Shown here: piece by piece, positions 9,501 to 16,969 of the stretch
How the letters are laid out: each line of letters starts with the position of its first letter
Numbering within the stretch: position 1 is the stretch's first letter
Virus record (IMG/VR): IMGVR_UViG_3300010885_003647
Direction: 5' to 3' (one strand)
Length of the DNA: 20,000 nucleotides
Source of the DNA: an uncultured virus (IMG/VR IMGVR_UViG_3300010885_003647)
Taxonomy: Duplodnaviria > Heunggongvirae > Uroviricota > Caudoviricetes
Position numbers and translations under genes: made by a program
The notes under the pieces: generated by a model
Databases searched by the model: none
What the model saw: the letters and a program-made list of their open reading frames with translations, nothing else
Told to the model about the DNA's origin: nothing

Positions 9501-12216
9501 GTTTGCGGCAGATCGTTCCCTTGCTATAGGTCGTAAGATTCAAGAGGATGTAGTTACAGGTAAAGAGACCTTACCTACGGCTAAAGTAACCCGAGACTTA
9601 GAAGCCATATATAAAGCTACTGGACCAAAAACAGTAAAGCCTGCTACTACGCCAATACAGTCAGTTCAAAATACTAAGAAAGAAATTAAAAACTTAGCGT
9701 CTAGTTTTGAGACTATGTATCTGTCATCTGATGCTGCTTTAAACAATGCTATTCGTAAGGGTCTAGAAGCTAACGGCAAGGATTGGGATACTACTAAGAA
9801 CGCAATGCTTGAAATAAGCACCTCTCAGGCTACTCATGCCGATGCTGTGGCAGATCAATTCTTAAGAGAAGGTAATGTTGAGTACGACCCTAAGTTACAT
9901 AAGTGGGAAGTCAAATCTGCCAAAGATAGCTGGGCAAAACTAATTACAAAAAACTTAGCTGATATTGCTAAGAAGTATGGTATTACTCAAGACCAAGCAA
10001 ACAATTATGCTAACCAAGCTTTGGTTGCTAGCCGTTTAGATGGACTATCTAAATCAGATAAAGAAATCTACAGTCACATGACCCCTGAGCAGATTAAGGC
10101 TGGTCTATCATTCTTTGAAGCAATACCTGAGCTAAAGGCAGTTCGAGATAGTTGGAATGCAATTCGTAAAAATGTAATGAAGGTAGCAATTGAAGGCGGT
10201 TTGTACAACGAACAACAAGCTGAAGAACTACTAAAGATTATGGACTATGTGCCATTTTTCCGTATTGAGCAATTAGAACAGAACGCTGGGCCTAGTGAAC
10301 GTGGTGGTCGTGGTTTACTTAACTTTGCTAAGAACTACAAGATTAAAGGTAGTGAGCAGGAAGTTAACGATATCTTTGATAACATGGGTCGTTGGACTAG
10401 CTATACCGTATCCCGTGCAGTTAAGAACCGTTCCGCATTAAGCTTAAAGAATGCTGCAATTCAATTCCTACCAGAAGGCGAAGTGAAAGAATTACGCATA
10501 GACGAGAGTACAAAGAAAGAACAACACGTAATTGATATATGGGAAAATGGACAACGTAGGAAATACGAATTTTCAGATCCATTGTTTATACATGCTTTCC
10601 AAGGTATTGATGGTATAGCTATCCCTCATTTTGGTATGGCGCAAGCGGCATCTAATATATTACGTAAGACTATTGTAATGGTGCCTATCTTTTCTATTAG
10701 TCAGCTTTCTCAAGATTCGTTTGGTGCTATGCTTACTTCAGGACTTAAGCACCCTTGGGCATTACCATTAGAAGTAGTTAAAGAATTTACTAAGACTCTA
10801 TTTAATAAAAGTAAAACCCATAAAGAACTGACCGCTATCGGTGCAGTAGGGACAAAAGATTATTCTGCAACTACTGGGTTATTGGGTGCTACTAGACGAG
10901 AGACTATTGAAAGAGAAGCAGGGTTAAAGAAGACTCCTATTTGGTCTCGTTTATATAACAGTTTAGAAAAGTTCTCAATGACATCTGATAATGCTGTTCG
11001 TCAAGCTGTTTATAATTTGACCATGAAAGAAACTGGGGATAAAGCTTTAGCTACTGAGAAGGCTTTTGAACTTATTAACTTTAAACGTACAGGTGCTAGC
11101 GCTAAGGTGCAATTGCTTCGTCAGGTAATACCATTCTTTGGCGCATACTTGCAAGCACAAAACGTTATCTATAAGACTCTAGCTGGTAAAGGCATATCTC
11201 CAGTACAACGTAAAGAAGCCCATCGTATCTTAGCTAGTAATGCTTTGAAGATCGGTGCTTTAGCGTTTATGTATGCCGCCCTTGCAAGTGATGATGAAGA
11301 GTATCAGAAGATGGATCCAGCTATACGTGACCGTCATTTATTAATTCCTGGTACAAACTTCATGCTCCCTATGCGTAGCGATTTGACTTTAATGCCTAAG
11401 TTAATTGCGGAATACACCTATCTTGGTATGACAGATAATGGCTTTACGGATGGTAAAAAGATTCGCCGTGCTATGACTGATGCCCTTGTCAATGCAGTAC
11501 TAAGCCCAACCGTTGCACCGCAAGCAATTAAACCAGCCTTAGAGGTATTGGTAAACTACGACTTCTTTACAGATCGCCCAATTATCGGACAGGGTATTGA
11601 GCACAAAATTACTGCAGAGCAGTATACAAATAGTACATCTGAATTTGGTAAGTTTATTGGTAGTTCGGGATTGATTGCACCTGTGAATGTAGACCACTTG
11701 GTTAAAGGCTATATGGGTACTGTAGGGGGATTAGGGTTAATGTTTACAAATGCTGTTGTAAACGCAGGTTCAGACCAACCAAAACCCGAAAAGAGTCTCC
11801 AAGATACTGTTTCTTCTGTACCTGGATTGAGTGCGTTTTTTGCAAAAGAGTATGGCAACGCAGATAAGAACGATTTCTATGAGTTACGTAAAGATGTAGA
11901 TAAGGCAGTAACTACATTTAATTCAATGAAAAAGCAAGGGCGTGTTGCAGAGGCTAAAGAGTTTTTAGAAGAAGGTACATTGAATCCTCTTAACCCATTT
12001 AGCCCAAATGTAAAAGACTTACTTAAAGTTAATAAGCAGGTGGACAACATTAACAACCAGCTAACCAAGCTAAGAGATTACGAAAAGAAAATATACGACT
12101 TGCCTGAGTCTAGGATGAGTGCAGAAAAGAAAGGTGAAGAGATTCGCCGTGTTCGGGAGATGGAGAAAGTATATTTAAGTAATGTGCACAAGCTACGCCA
12201 AATGGCTGGCTATTAA
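6544..12216 (+). CDS. Large polyvalent ejection-type protein with zincin-like metallopeptidase motif and LPD38-like C-terminal domain
   Basis: 1890 aa. N-terminal IDFPEGMS motif and G/A-rich hydrophobic region (aa ~45-325). HETVH (HExxH) at 9184-9198 with a downstream EFASE third-ligand motif at 9337. The C-terminal RHLLIP...NYDFFTDRPI...PVNVDHLVKGYMGTVG pattern resembles LPD38. Last gene of the structural arm. Confidence 0.75.
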   Translation: MPLVNVEGVGLIDFPEGMSGEQIDAAVRKDILPQYPDIAAKTKRGWGEALTDVGASAIKGVGALAQLPGQIGQLAGVVAPTETNTGLQGIGKQIEQFGEEAKSPILKGKEVVRGQKIEQADGMLSEFGTAFKETIKDPALLSSFFAEQLPNLAGSWGGGLLAKGTAKALMMATTEQALAKVGVAGAVGTGAIQQGADVGSDTYETIYKRLIKEGMGDEQANGIALSKARVAALEAAGLSLGTAALPGGTAIERALVGKGLPGAGGFTKGLLGETASETIEEGGGKLASNLGVQEVFPETSLTKGVGAAAGMGALGGALFGGVAGYVNADRATPEQKQIVADGIDTVQQLEDQARRDAFEAEQKAIELRALEERHGFTNSAAYAELSAEVERLKAKAQLAFAKADKGKAEMSAFAEAQPDLFGMVTAEKQTQEAEVQPPVEQPNQLSLPLEDQQSLALNAPPQPLNLNLPAQTQAPVVQGRPITLEDIKGMGIGGGPNVKIKQAILGKDLTDPKQAAEVKAALEEYAGGDRSASIIAKVERFLNSAPFLEQQKLSLRRPYGSMKKPGVETPTEEEQALYQAELEALQTSEEQNAGKPIEPLNGGNEPSVRVPSKRPAIPTATKKPKRRGVVPPVDTTGQPIGAEVPVERTLGAKPLTLEEKAAQAIAQRQAPKGGYNPDIQEPSVELSTRHAREYKEAIGNYLENANYIGAKALDALAGDMHAGDNLTDAKRAYRGLSEEQKAYVAEKTKELEKYTRRGDAYAKQQNEEVARRKAFQGELDEQEKSPKLERILPGSTNEELTQAVQRGDLNAALNAIAKDKSDTFNILEKLVSNRLLANKGSLPKIEVVPAGTIKDGAAQYNPFTDTVQINEGEVDSHTVLHETVHGFLHALIQKFEAGAKNKGIADLKTLYDFIKENHPNVAEEYGMSSLTEFASELMSNRQFQETLAQIPYRAEAQNLFSAFIRAVLNALGLSPTSKLSALASGLFAADRSLAIGRKIQEDVVTGKETLPTAKVTRDLEAIYKATGPKTVKPATTPIQSVQNTKKEIKNLASSFETMYLSSDAALNNAIRKGLEANGKDWDTTKNAMLEISTSQATHADAVADQFLREGNVEYDPKLHKWEVKSAKDSWAKLITKNLADIAKKYGITQDQANNYANQALVASRLDGLSKSDKEIYSHMTPEQIKAGLSFFEAIPELKAVRDSWNAIRKNVMKVAIEGGLYNEQQAEELLKIMDYVPFFRIEQLEQNAGPSERGGRGLLNFAKNYKIKGSEQEVNDIFDNMGRWTSYTVSRAVKNRSALSLKNAAIQFLPEGEVKELRIDESTKKEQHVIDIWENGQRRKYEFSDPLFIHAFQGIDGIAIPHFGMAQAASNILRKTIVMVPIFSISQLSQDSFGAMLTSGLKHPWALPLEVVKEFTKTLFNKSKTHKELTAIGAVGTKDYSATTGLLGATRRETIEREAGLKKTPIWSRLYNSLEKFSMTSDNAVRQAVYNLTMKETGDKALATEKAFELINFKRTGASAKVQLLRQVIPFFGAYLQAQNVIYKTLAGKGISPVQRKEAHRILASNALKIGALAFMYAALASDDEEYQKMDPAIRDRHLLIPGTNFMLPMRSDLTLMPKLIAEYTYLGMTDNGFTDGKKIRRAMTDALVNAVLSPTVAPQAIKPALEVLVNYDFFTDRPIIGQGIEHKITAEQYTNSTSEFGKFIGSSGLIAPVNVDHLVKGYMGTVGGLGLMFTNAVVNAGSDQPKPEKSLQDTVSSVPGLSAFFAKEYGNADKNDFYELRKDVDKAVTTFNSMKKQGRVAEAKEFLEEGTLNPLNPFSPNVKDLLKVNKQVDNINNQLTKLRDYEKKIYDLPESRMSAEKKGEEIRRVREMEKVYLSNVHKLRQMAGY
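8318..8494 (+). CDS. Putative overprinted 58-aa protein nested in the +1 frame of the giant gene
   Basis: GGAGG at 8307-8311 lies 6 nt before ATG 8318; TAG at 8492-8494. Translation MLENLLNLSMEEMSQAFACLASDLPSPPQLKNLNDEEWFLLSILLDNLLEQKYQSSVH looks helical, while the host frame here is a disordered P/K-rich linker. Confidence 0.6.
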   Translation: MLENLLNLSMEEMSQAFACLASDLPSPPQLKNLNDEEWFLLSILLDNLLEQKYQSSVH

Positions 12217-12240
12217 AAAAGGACCCCGCCGAAGCGGGGT
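12215..12240 (-). terminator. Rho-independent terminator of the - strand replication arm
   Basis: The minus strand reads ACCCCGC-TTCG-GCGGGGT-CC-TTTTTT: a 7-bp GC-rich stem, cUUCGg tetraloop and U6 tract, between convergent genes. The + strand has only a weak U tract. Confidence 0.88.
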
Positions 12241-12284
12241 TAAGTCCTCAATGTGGGGTAGAGGAGAAGAGTGAGGTAACTATA
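12215..12284 (-). ncRNA. Candidate 3'-UTR small RNA with an anti-Shine-Dalgarno loop
   Basis: Minus strand AGU(UA)CCUCA-[CUCUUCUCCUCUACCCCACAU]-UGAGG-ACU followed by the terminator. The loop is complementary to the GGAGAAGA RBS of three genes in this window. Confidence 0.45.
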
Positions 12285-12485
12285 TCACTTAATCCTCCAT
12301 AAGCGCAAGCCATATATTCCATTTTCTACAACTTGCTTGCATTTGACTTCCATACCCAGACGCTTAGCTTCTGCTAACAATTCCTTTTCATGGGCTTTGC
12401 GGTCTAGGCACGGTACAAAAAACGAATCACCACACTCAAGCCGCATCCACGGCATCAGGAAGGTTTGGTTCAGAATCTTTAACAT
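12285..12485 (-). CDS. Small hypothetical phage protein (66 aa)
   Basis: Protein-like pattern W..LECGDSFFVPC...GIYGLRLWRI. It overlaps the primase gene end by 50 nt and ends just before the stem-loop/terminator. Confidence 0.7.
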   Translation of the reverse strand: MLKILNQTFLMPWMRLECGDSFFVPCLDRKAHEKELLAEAKRLGMEVKCKQVVENGIYGLRLWRIK

Positions 12486-15294
12486 TTAGTAAGGCTTCTT
12501 CCCTAAAGAACTCCAGCTTGGTAGCATCAAATACTAAGGCTGGTGCATTTAAATTGGTATCTACAATAGTACCCGCAGTCATACGTTTACGTTTAGTACC
12601 TAAGAAAGCCCCACTCTTTCTGTGCATAGATATAGACTCGTCAAAGTTTAACTGCATTCTATTGCACTCATTACGATACTCTTTAGCAACTACATATAGA
12701 AGCTTTGTATCAGGCTCATAACGTGCAGTTAATGCGCCACGTGGTTCACGAATCGGACCTGTCTCCAAGCCTGTTCTAGCGTCGGTTTTACCGTTAATAA
12801 CCAATACTTCGTGGAACTTGCGTTGGATAAAGCCACTTAAGAAGTCGCTATTCTCATCGACCATAAGTTTGTTCTGCGCCCTAGATTCTTTAATATGCTT
12901 AACGATGTATTGCATTACAGGTACGTGGTCAATATTATGCAACCCTAACCTACCAGCAATTATTCCCCCTGTCATAGCGATTGCCGCCATAGCTGACCAA
13001 TAGCGTTCTTGAGACCTAATATCTGCTGATTGCTCAATCCTAGTCTGTATATCTGCTAACTCTAAAATAACTTGAGGTAAGTTTCCAACTATATGTTGCA
13101 TGAATGGAAATATAGCGTGCCCATAGTTAGTATGTAATCGCCCGAAGTGTTGTCTTGCCCATACAGGATCATCATTAGCATCATTAAAGATATGTAACTC
13201 CATCATACGCATCAGTTCGCCTTCAGGGAAAGCCTTGATAGAAAGCAAGTCATCACGTAGTGAACGGTTTGATGTAGTGATTAGTCCTGTTGCCCACTTG
13301 GTATGGTTAAGACGCTCCGCATTGTTCTGCGACTGCATACGGTTCTTAGCACGACCCTCAGTAATATCGTAGGCTAAGTTAGACTTTTGGATTGGATCCA
13401 TGTTAGTCATCTCATCAAACAATATAGGGATGTTTTGGAATGTACCAATACGTTGTAGCTTTTGGTTATAAGTATCCTTAACCCGCATAAAGGTATCTTC
13501 AGGGTGTCCATAAATACTGCCGATGGTATGCAGGACTGTAGTCTTACCTGAACCTGAACCCTGTGATTTAAGACTTAGTAAGTACCCTTTAAGGTTAGTG
13601 AACTTAAGTAGTGTGTTGCCAAATCCCATAAAGAACGCAAAAGCTTTAGCTTCCATCTCATCTCTAGCATACGCATTGATTACATCTTTCCATACATGGA
13701 AGTCACCCTTTGATTTAAACATTGGTACAAGTTCAATAGTCGTAGCTGTTGGTGGACTGTACTTAATTTCTGTAGCGGTGATCTCTTTGTCGCCAAGTAT
13801 AAATCCTTCGTTCTCAGGTAACCAACCAAACTGTTTACGTGCTAGTTCTGCCTCGGTGCTTGCTTGCAATTCTTCCACCCATCGTGTTATATATGCCATA
13901 AGTATGTCCTGTTTCTTGCCTAATACTGCCAAGCCCTGCTTAGCAATCGCATCTCTAAATCTATCCTTAGCTAATACATCTGTCAAAGGCATGACAAATT
14001 CTTTAACTCCATCCTTTGGTAAATGCAAACGCATTAAAAGACTCTCACCCCTATCAGGGTCATTCATACGCTTAACTACATAGAAGTCGTATGGATAAAT
14101 CAATAGCATTTCTTCGTTACCGTCTTCATCTTTCATCTTGGTGTATATACCACCAGCCGCACCCCTTGTGTATGGGAATGGGTATTTAGGAATCTGATAG
14201 ATGGTAGGTGCTTCGCCTTCTTCCTCGGGGGGTACTTCCACTACATTGTCTTCTTCTTTAGCTTCGTTAAACTCCTTGCCTAACTGAATAGGAGAAGTAA
14301 TACTTAACTCACAACCTTGGCATGCGCTTGGGTTTAGCTTCTTAAATGTAGAACAAGTATAAGGACCTTTTGTTTCATTAGCCTTACGCTCAGTAGCTTG
14401 CGCTGAATAATCGGGGTGTTTATTAGAAAGCGTATGAATGGCTTTTTCCCGATCCACACATTGCTGGGCAATACTTAGCCCTCCTCTCCAAAGCGGCTCA
14501 TCTATTGTCGTTTGGTTTTTGTATATATGCAAGAGTTGTTGGCAACCTTCTCCCTTAACGCTTTTGAGCATAATAGTTTTAAAGCGGGATATATTGTTAC
14601 CCATCAAGGCTAGGGTCATTGCATCCATCTGACGTGGTACAAACGGCTTACCTGACATGCCAGCAAAAATGTCCTGCTCTACCGTGTCAAATACATCTTT
14701 TAGGGTAGAGATATGAACCTGGGACCCTGTAAGTAATAACTCTACTTTAGCTGGGTTTTCAACGTCTTTGAAGTTAAGGGTGTTTGGGATACGTAATATG
14801 CGTGCGGTATCCGCAGTAACGGATGGGTCTGCCTCAAGCTTATGCTGGGTGCATAGGGCTTTAAACTTCTCAGCTAGGGGTTTCCATTCCTCGCTTGGCA
14901 AAGCCTCTTGTAGTGTCCAGTATGCGTGTACCCCACGACCTGAATTAACTATCGTAGGTCTAGGTAGTTTGGTGTCTTTAATGAACGCTTTAAGCGCAGT
15001 CATACCTTCTGCTTGGTCAGCATAGGGTTTACCAATACCACAATCAATATCAATAAAGAAACACTTTAAAAACTGTGCGTTCTTAGCCGTGCGACCACCT
15101 TTAGGGTCAGCAAACGAGGCTAATGCAAAATACGCATTGTATTGATCTGCAATTAATTCTTTGGCTAATTCATTTACTTCTTCAATACTTCCCACAAACT
15201 TTTGTCTTGGGCTTCCATCATCTTTTAAACCTACCACACAATACGACCCTGTATCGGGGAGCACTGCGGATAAGAAATTATTTGTTTCTATCAT
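12436..15294 (-). CDS. Primase-helicase: N-terminal RepB-like/AEP primase, Cys-rich linker, DUF927-type helicase domain
   Basis: 952 aa. AEP-like motifs FFIDIDC, NSGRGVHAYW and DTARILRIP; PYTC-x8-C-x2-C cluster; Walker A GSGSGKTT (~13537-13560); Walker B ILFDE. Confidence 0.85.
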   Translation of the reverse strand: MIETNNFLSAVLPDTGSYCVVGLKDDGSPRQKFVGSIEEVNELAKELIADQYNAYFALASFADPKGGRTAKNAQFLKCFFIDIDCGIGKPYADQAEGMTALKAFIKDTKLPRPTIVNSGRGVHAYWTLQEALPSEEWKPLAEKFKALCTQHKLEADPSVTADTARILRIPNTLNFKDVENPAKVELLLTGSQVHISTLKDVFDTVEQDIFAGMSGKPFVPRQMDAMTLALMGNNISRFKTIMLKSVKGEGCQQLLHIYKNQTTIDEPLWRGGLSIAQQCVDREKAIHTLSNKHPDYSAQATERKANETKGPYTCSTFKKLNPSACQGCELSITSPIQLGKEFNEAKEEDNVVEVPPEEEGEAPTIYQIPKYPFPYTRGAAGGIYTKMKDEDGNEEMLLIYPYDFYVVKRMNDPDRGESLLMRLHLPKDGVKEFVMPLTDVLAKDRFRDAIAKQGLAVLGKKQDILMAYITRWVEELQASTEAELARKQFGWLPENEGFILGDKEITATEIKYSPPTATTIELVPMFKSKGDFHVWKDVINAYARDEMEAKAFAFFMGFGNTLLKFTNLKGYLLSLKSQGSGSGKTTVLHTIGSIYGHPEDTFMRVKDTYNQKLQRIGTFQNIPILFDEMTNMDPIQKSNLAYDITEGRAKNRMQSQNNAERLNHTKWATGLITTSNRSLRDDLLSIKAFPEGELMRMMELHIFNDANDDPVWARQHFGRLHTNYGHAIFPFMQHIVGNLPQVILELADIQTRIEQSADIRSQERYWSAMAAIAMTGGIIAGRLGLHNIDHVPVMQYIVKHIKESRAQNKLMVDENSDFLSGFIQRKFHEVLVINGKTDARTGLETGPIREPRGALTARYEPDTKLLYVVAKEYRNECNRMQLNFDESISMHRKSGAFLGTKRKRMTAGTIVDTNLNAPALVFDATKLEFFREEALLNVKDSEPNLPDAVDAA

Positions 15295-15376
15295 AGCCGC
15301 CTTAAGCCGTCAGTAAAAAGGATGGGCAGGGATATGACGGCGGTAATATCCTTTTCGGTAGCTAACCTAGCCCCCC
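15295..15376 (-). ncRNA. Structured c4-like regulatory RNA / attenuator in the primase leader
   Basis: An outer stem GGGGGGCUAG / CUGCCCAUCC (with bulges) encloses the hairpin GGAUAU-[UACCGCCGUC]-AUAUCC and is followed by U5. The loop is complementary to UGACGGC (15312-15306) and GGCGG (15301-15297) just before the ATG. Confidence 0.55.
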
Positions 15377-15382
15377 ACACAA

Positions 15383-15613
15383 CTATCTTAATTTATCAAT
15401 AAGTTTTTTCATCTTGTCCCAATGCTTCTCAGGGACATTACTTCTACCACGAAACCAAGAGTAGACCGTCACTCGGGATACAGAAAAGAACTCAGATACA
15501 TCAACTACAGGAATATCTTTCCTGACGCATATAAGCCCTAACTGCACCCCTATCTTGGATTTGTCCGAAGCTTTAACTTCATTGATAAAGCCACTCGCAT
15601 ATCCTATTGACAT
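15383..15613 (-). CDS. Cro/XRE-like helix-turn-helix DNA-binding protein
   Basis: 76 aa with HTH pattern IPVVDVSEFFSVSRVTVYSWFRG; GAGGAG SD upstream of the ATG. Confidence 0.75.
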   Translation of the reverse strand: MSIGYASGFINEVKASDKSKIGVQLGLICVRKDIPVVDVSEFFSVSRVTVYSWFRGRSNVPEKHWDKMKKLIDKLR

Positions 15614-15615
15614 TA

Positions 15616-16512
15616 TTACTCCTCGTCATCCCAATCAGAAAGAATCTTGCTCAAGTCTTTCTTAGCGGTTGGTTCTTCTTTCTTAGCAGTACGCTTAGTA
15701 GGTTCTACCAATGCTTCAGCTTCTTTTTCAACCTTGATTACTTCTTCAGGGTCTACAATCTTAGCCTTTGGCGCATCTAACTTAGGCGCATCTTTCTCTG
15801 CCTTGGCAACTGTCATAGTGATTGCCTTGATAGCTTCTGCGCTCTTGCCTTGGTCGATAGCCGTAGCAATCTCACTTGACTCTAAGAAACGTACTGGTTT
15901 GAAAGTAATCTTAGGTGTAGAACTTGCAGTATCAAAACGCATCTCTGTAACAACTGCAGTAATAGGAACACCTTTAGCACCGATCATTTTAGCGTACATT
16001 TGGAGAGGCCACTTACCAGCTTCACCTTCACCGAAGATTGAAGTAGAAGGAAGAACTAATTGGAATACATCTCCACCAATATCGTTATCCAATACAACTG
16101 CAATACGTTGACTAAAGCGGCAAGCACGACCATCACCTTGACCTGAACCTTTAATGTTCTGTGGGCAGTTAGCGCATCCAGTAGACTGTGGTGCTTCTAC
16201 AGATTTATCAGGATAGTCGCCGTTGGCAGACCAGCAATCAGGAGGTGCAGATACACCCTTCTTGTATGTACCAGCGTAGTAAGTACGAGCAACTTTAGAT
16301 GATGCCGCAACTACCACCACATTAAGATTACGTTCTTCTTTCTGTGCAATCTCTTTACCGTTTACTAACAAGCGCCATACACCGCCCTCGATAGAAATAC
16401 GTTTGCTACCGCCACCACCATTACCCATAAGGGCTTTAGTAGTATCATCCAACTCCAACGCTTGTAAGTGCGCTGGTAAACCCATGTCCAACATAGCAAG
16501 TTCTTTGCTCAT
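15616..16512 (-). CDS. Putative ssDNA-binding/annealing protein with four-Cys motif
   Basis: 298 aa with a beta-rich core, PDCWS...CANC...RACRF, a K/E/A-rich linker and an acidic aromatic tail (SDWDDEE) as in phage SSBs. It lies in the replication module; AGGAGAAGA RBS. Confidence 0.55.
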   Translation of the reverse strand: MSKELAMLDMGLPAHLQALELDDTTKALMGNGGGGSKRISIEGGVWRLLVNGKEIAQKEERNLNVVVVAASSKVARTYYAGTYKKGVSAPPDCWSANGDYPDKSVEAPQSTGCANCPQNIKGSGQGDGRACRFSQRIAVVLDNDIGGDVFQLVLPSTSIFGEGEAGKWPLQMYAKMIGAKGVPITAVVTEMRFDTASSTPKITFKPVRFLESSEIATAIDQGKSAEAIKAITMTVAKAEKDAPKLDAPKAKIVDPEEVIKVEKEAEALVEPTKRTAKKEEPTAKKDLSKILSDWDDEE

Positions 16513-16521
16513 TATCTTCTC

Positions 16522-16914
16522 CTATTTTCTACTACGAGTAACTCGTACAACATATTCAGCATCCGCTTGAAGCCCTGGCGGGTGCAAATCAGGGTTTTCT
16601 GCAAGGAACGTATCAACATTCCCATTGGAAATTCTTTGGTGTAAAAAGTGAAAGGCATTATGTTCTTTAATAAATGTATATAAAGATTCCCAATCACTAG
16701 TCCAATATCTTTTGTTTAACTTACGGCTGACTGTGCCATGTTGCGTCTTCAATCCATCCGTGCCTGTGTCTTTGCAAATAGATAACAACTCGGTTTGAAT
16801 TATCTCTTGTTGCTCTTCTAAGTCTCGAATTTGTTTCTCTAGTTCGAGTCGCTTGTCACGGATTTTTATATACGTTTTAACTAGCTTGTCGGCTGTTGCT
16901 TGGTGTTCACTCAT
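16522..16914 (-). CDS. Hypothetical phage protein with N-terminal coiled coil (130 aa)
   Basis: Strong RBS AAGGAGAAGAG-ATG directly after a sigma70 promoter; coiled coil YIKIRDKRLELEKQIRDLEEQQE. Confidence 0.75.
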   Translation of the reverse strand: MSEHQATADKLVKTYIKIRDKRLELEKQIRDLEEQQEIIQTELLSICKDTGTDGLKTQHGTVSRKLNKRYWTSDWESLYTFIKEHNAFHFLHQRISNGNVDTFLAENPDLHPPGLQADAEYVVRVTRSRK

Positions 16915-16940
16915 CTCTTCTCCTTCTTATCTATACCCAC

Positions 16941-16969
16941 AATGTACTCCTATTCCTTTACTCTGTCAA
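16941..16969 (-). promoter_or_regulatory. Sigma70-type promoter driving the 130-aa/SSB/HTH/primase genes
   Basis: Minus strand TTGACA (16969-16964), 17-nt spacer, TACATT (16946-16941). The -35 box contains the helicase TGA stop codon. Confidence 0.8.

Noticed and set aside
12261..12279. + strand SD GAGGAG followed by GTG-AGG-TAA as a mini-gene
   Set aside because: It has only two codons and lies downstream of the terminator hairpin. It is better explained as the complement of the - strand anti-SD loop, although a decayed gene start cannot be excluded.
12518..16111. Antisense ORFs over the primase and SSB genes (e.g. 13523-14083, 15647-16111)
   Set aside because: They are reverse-strand shadows of well-supported genes, with no motifs or RBS.
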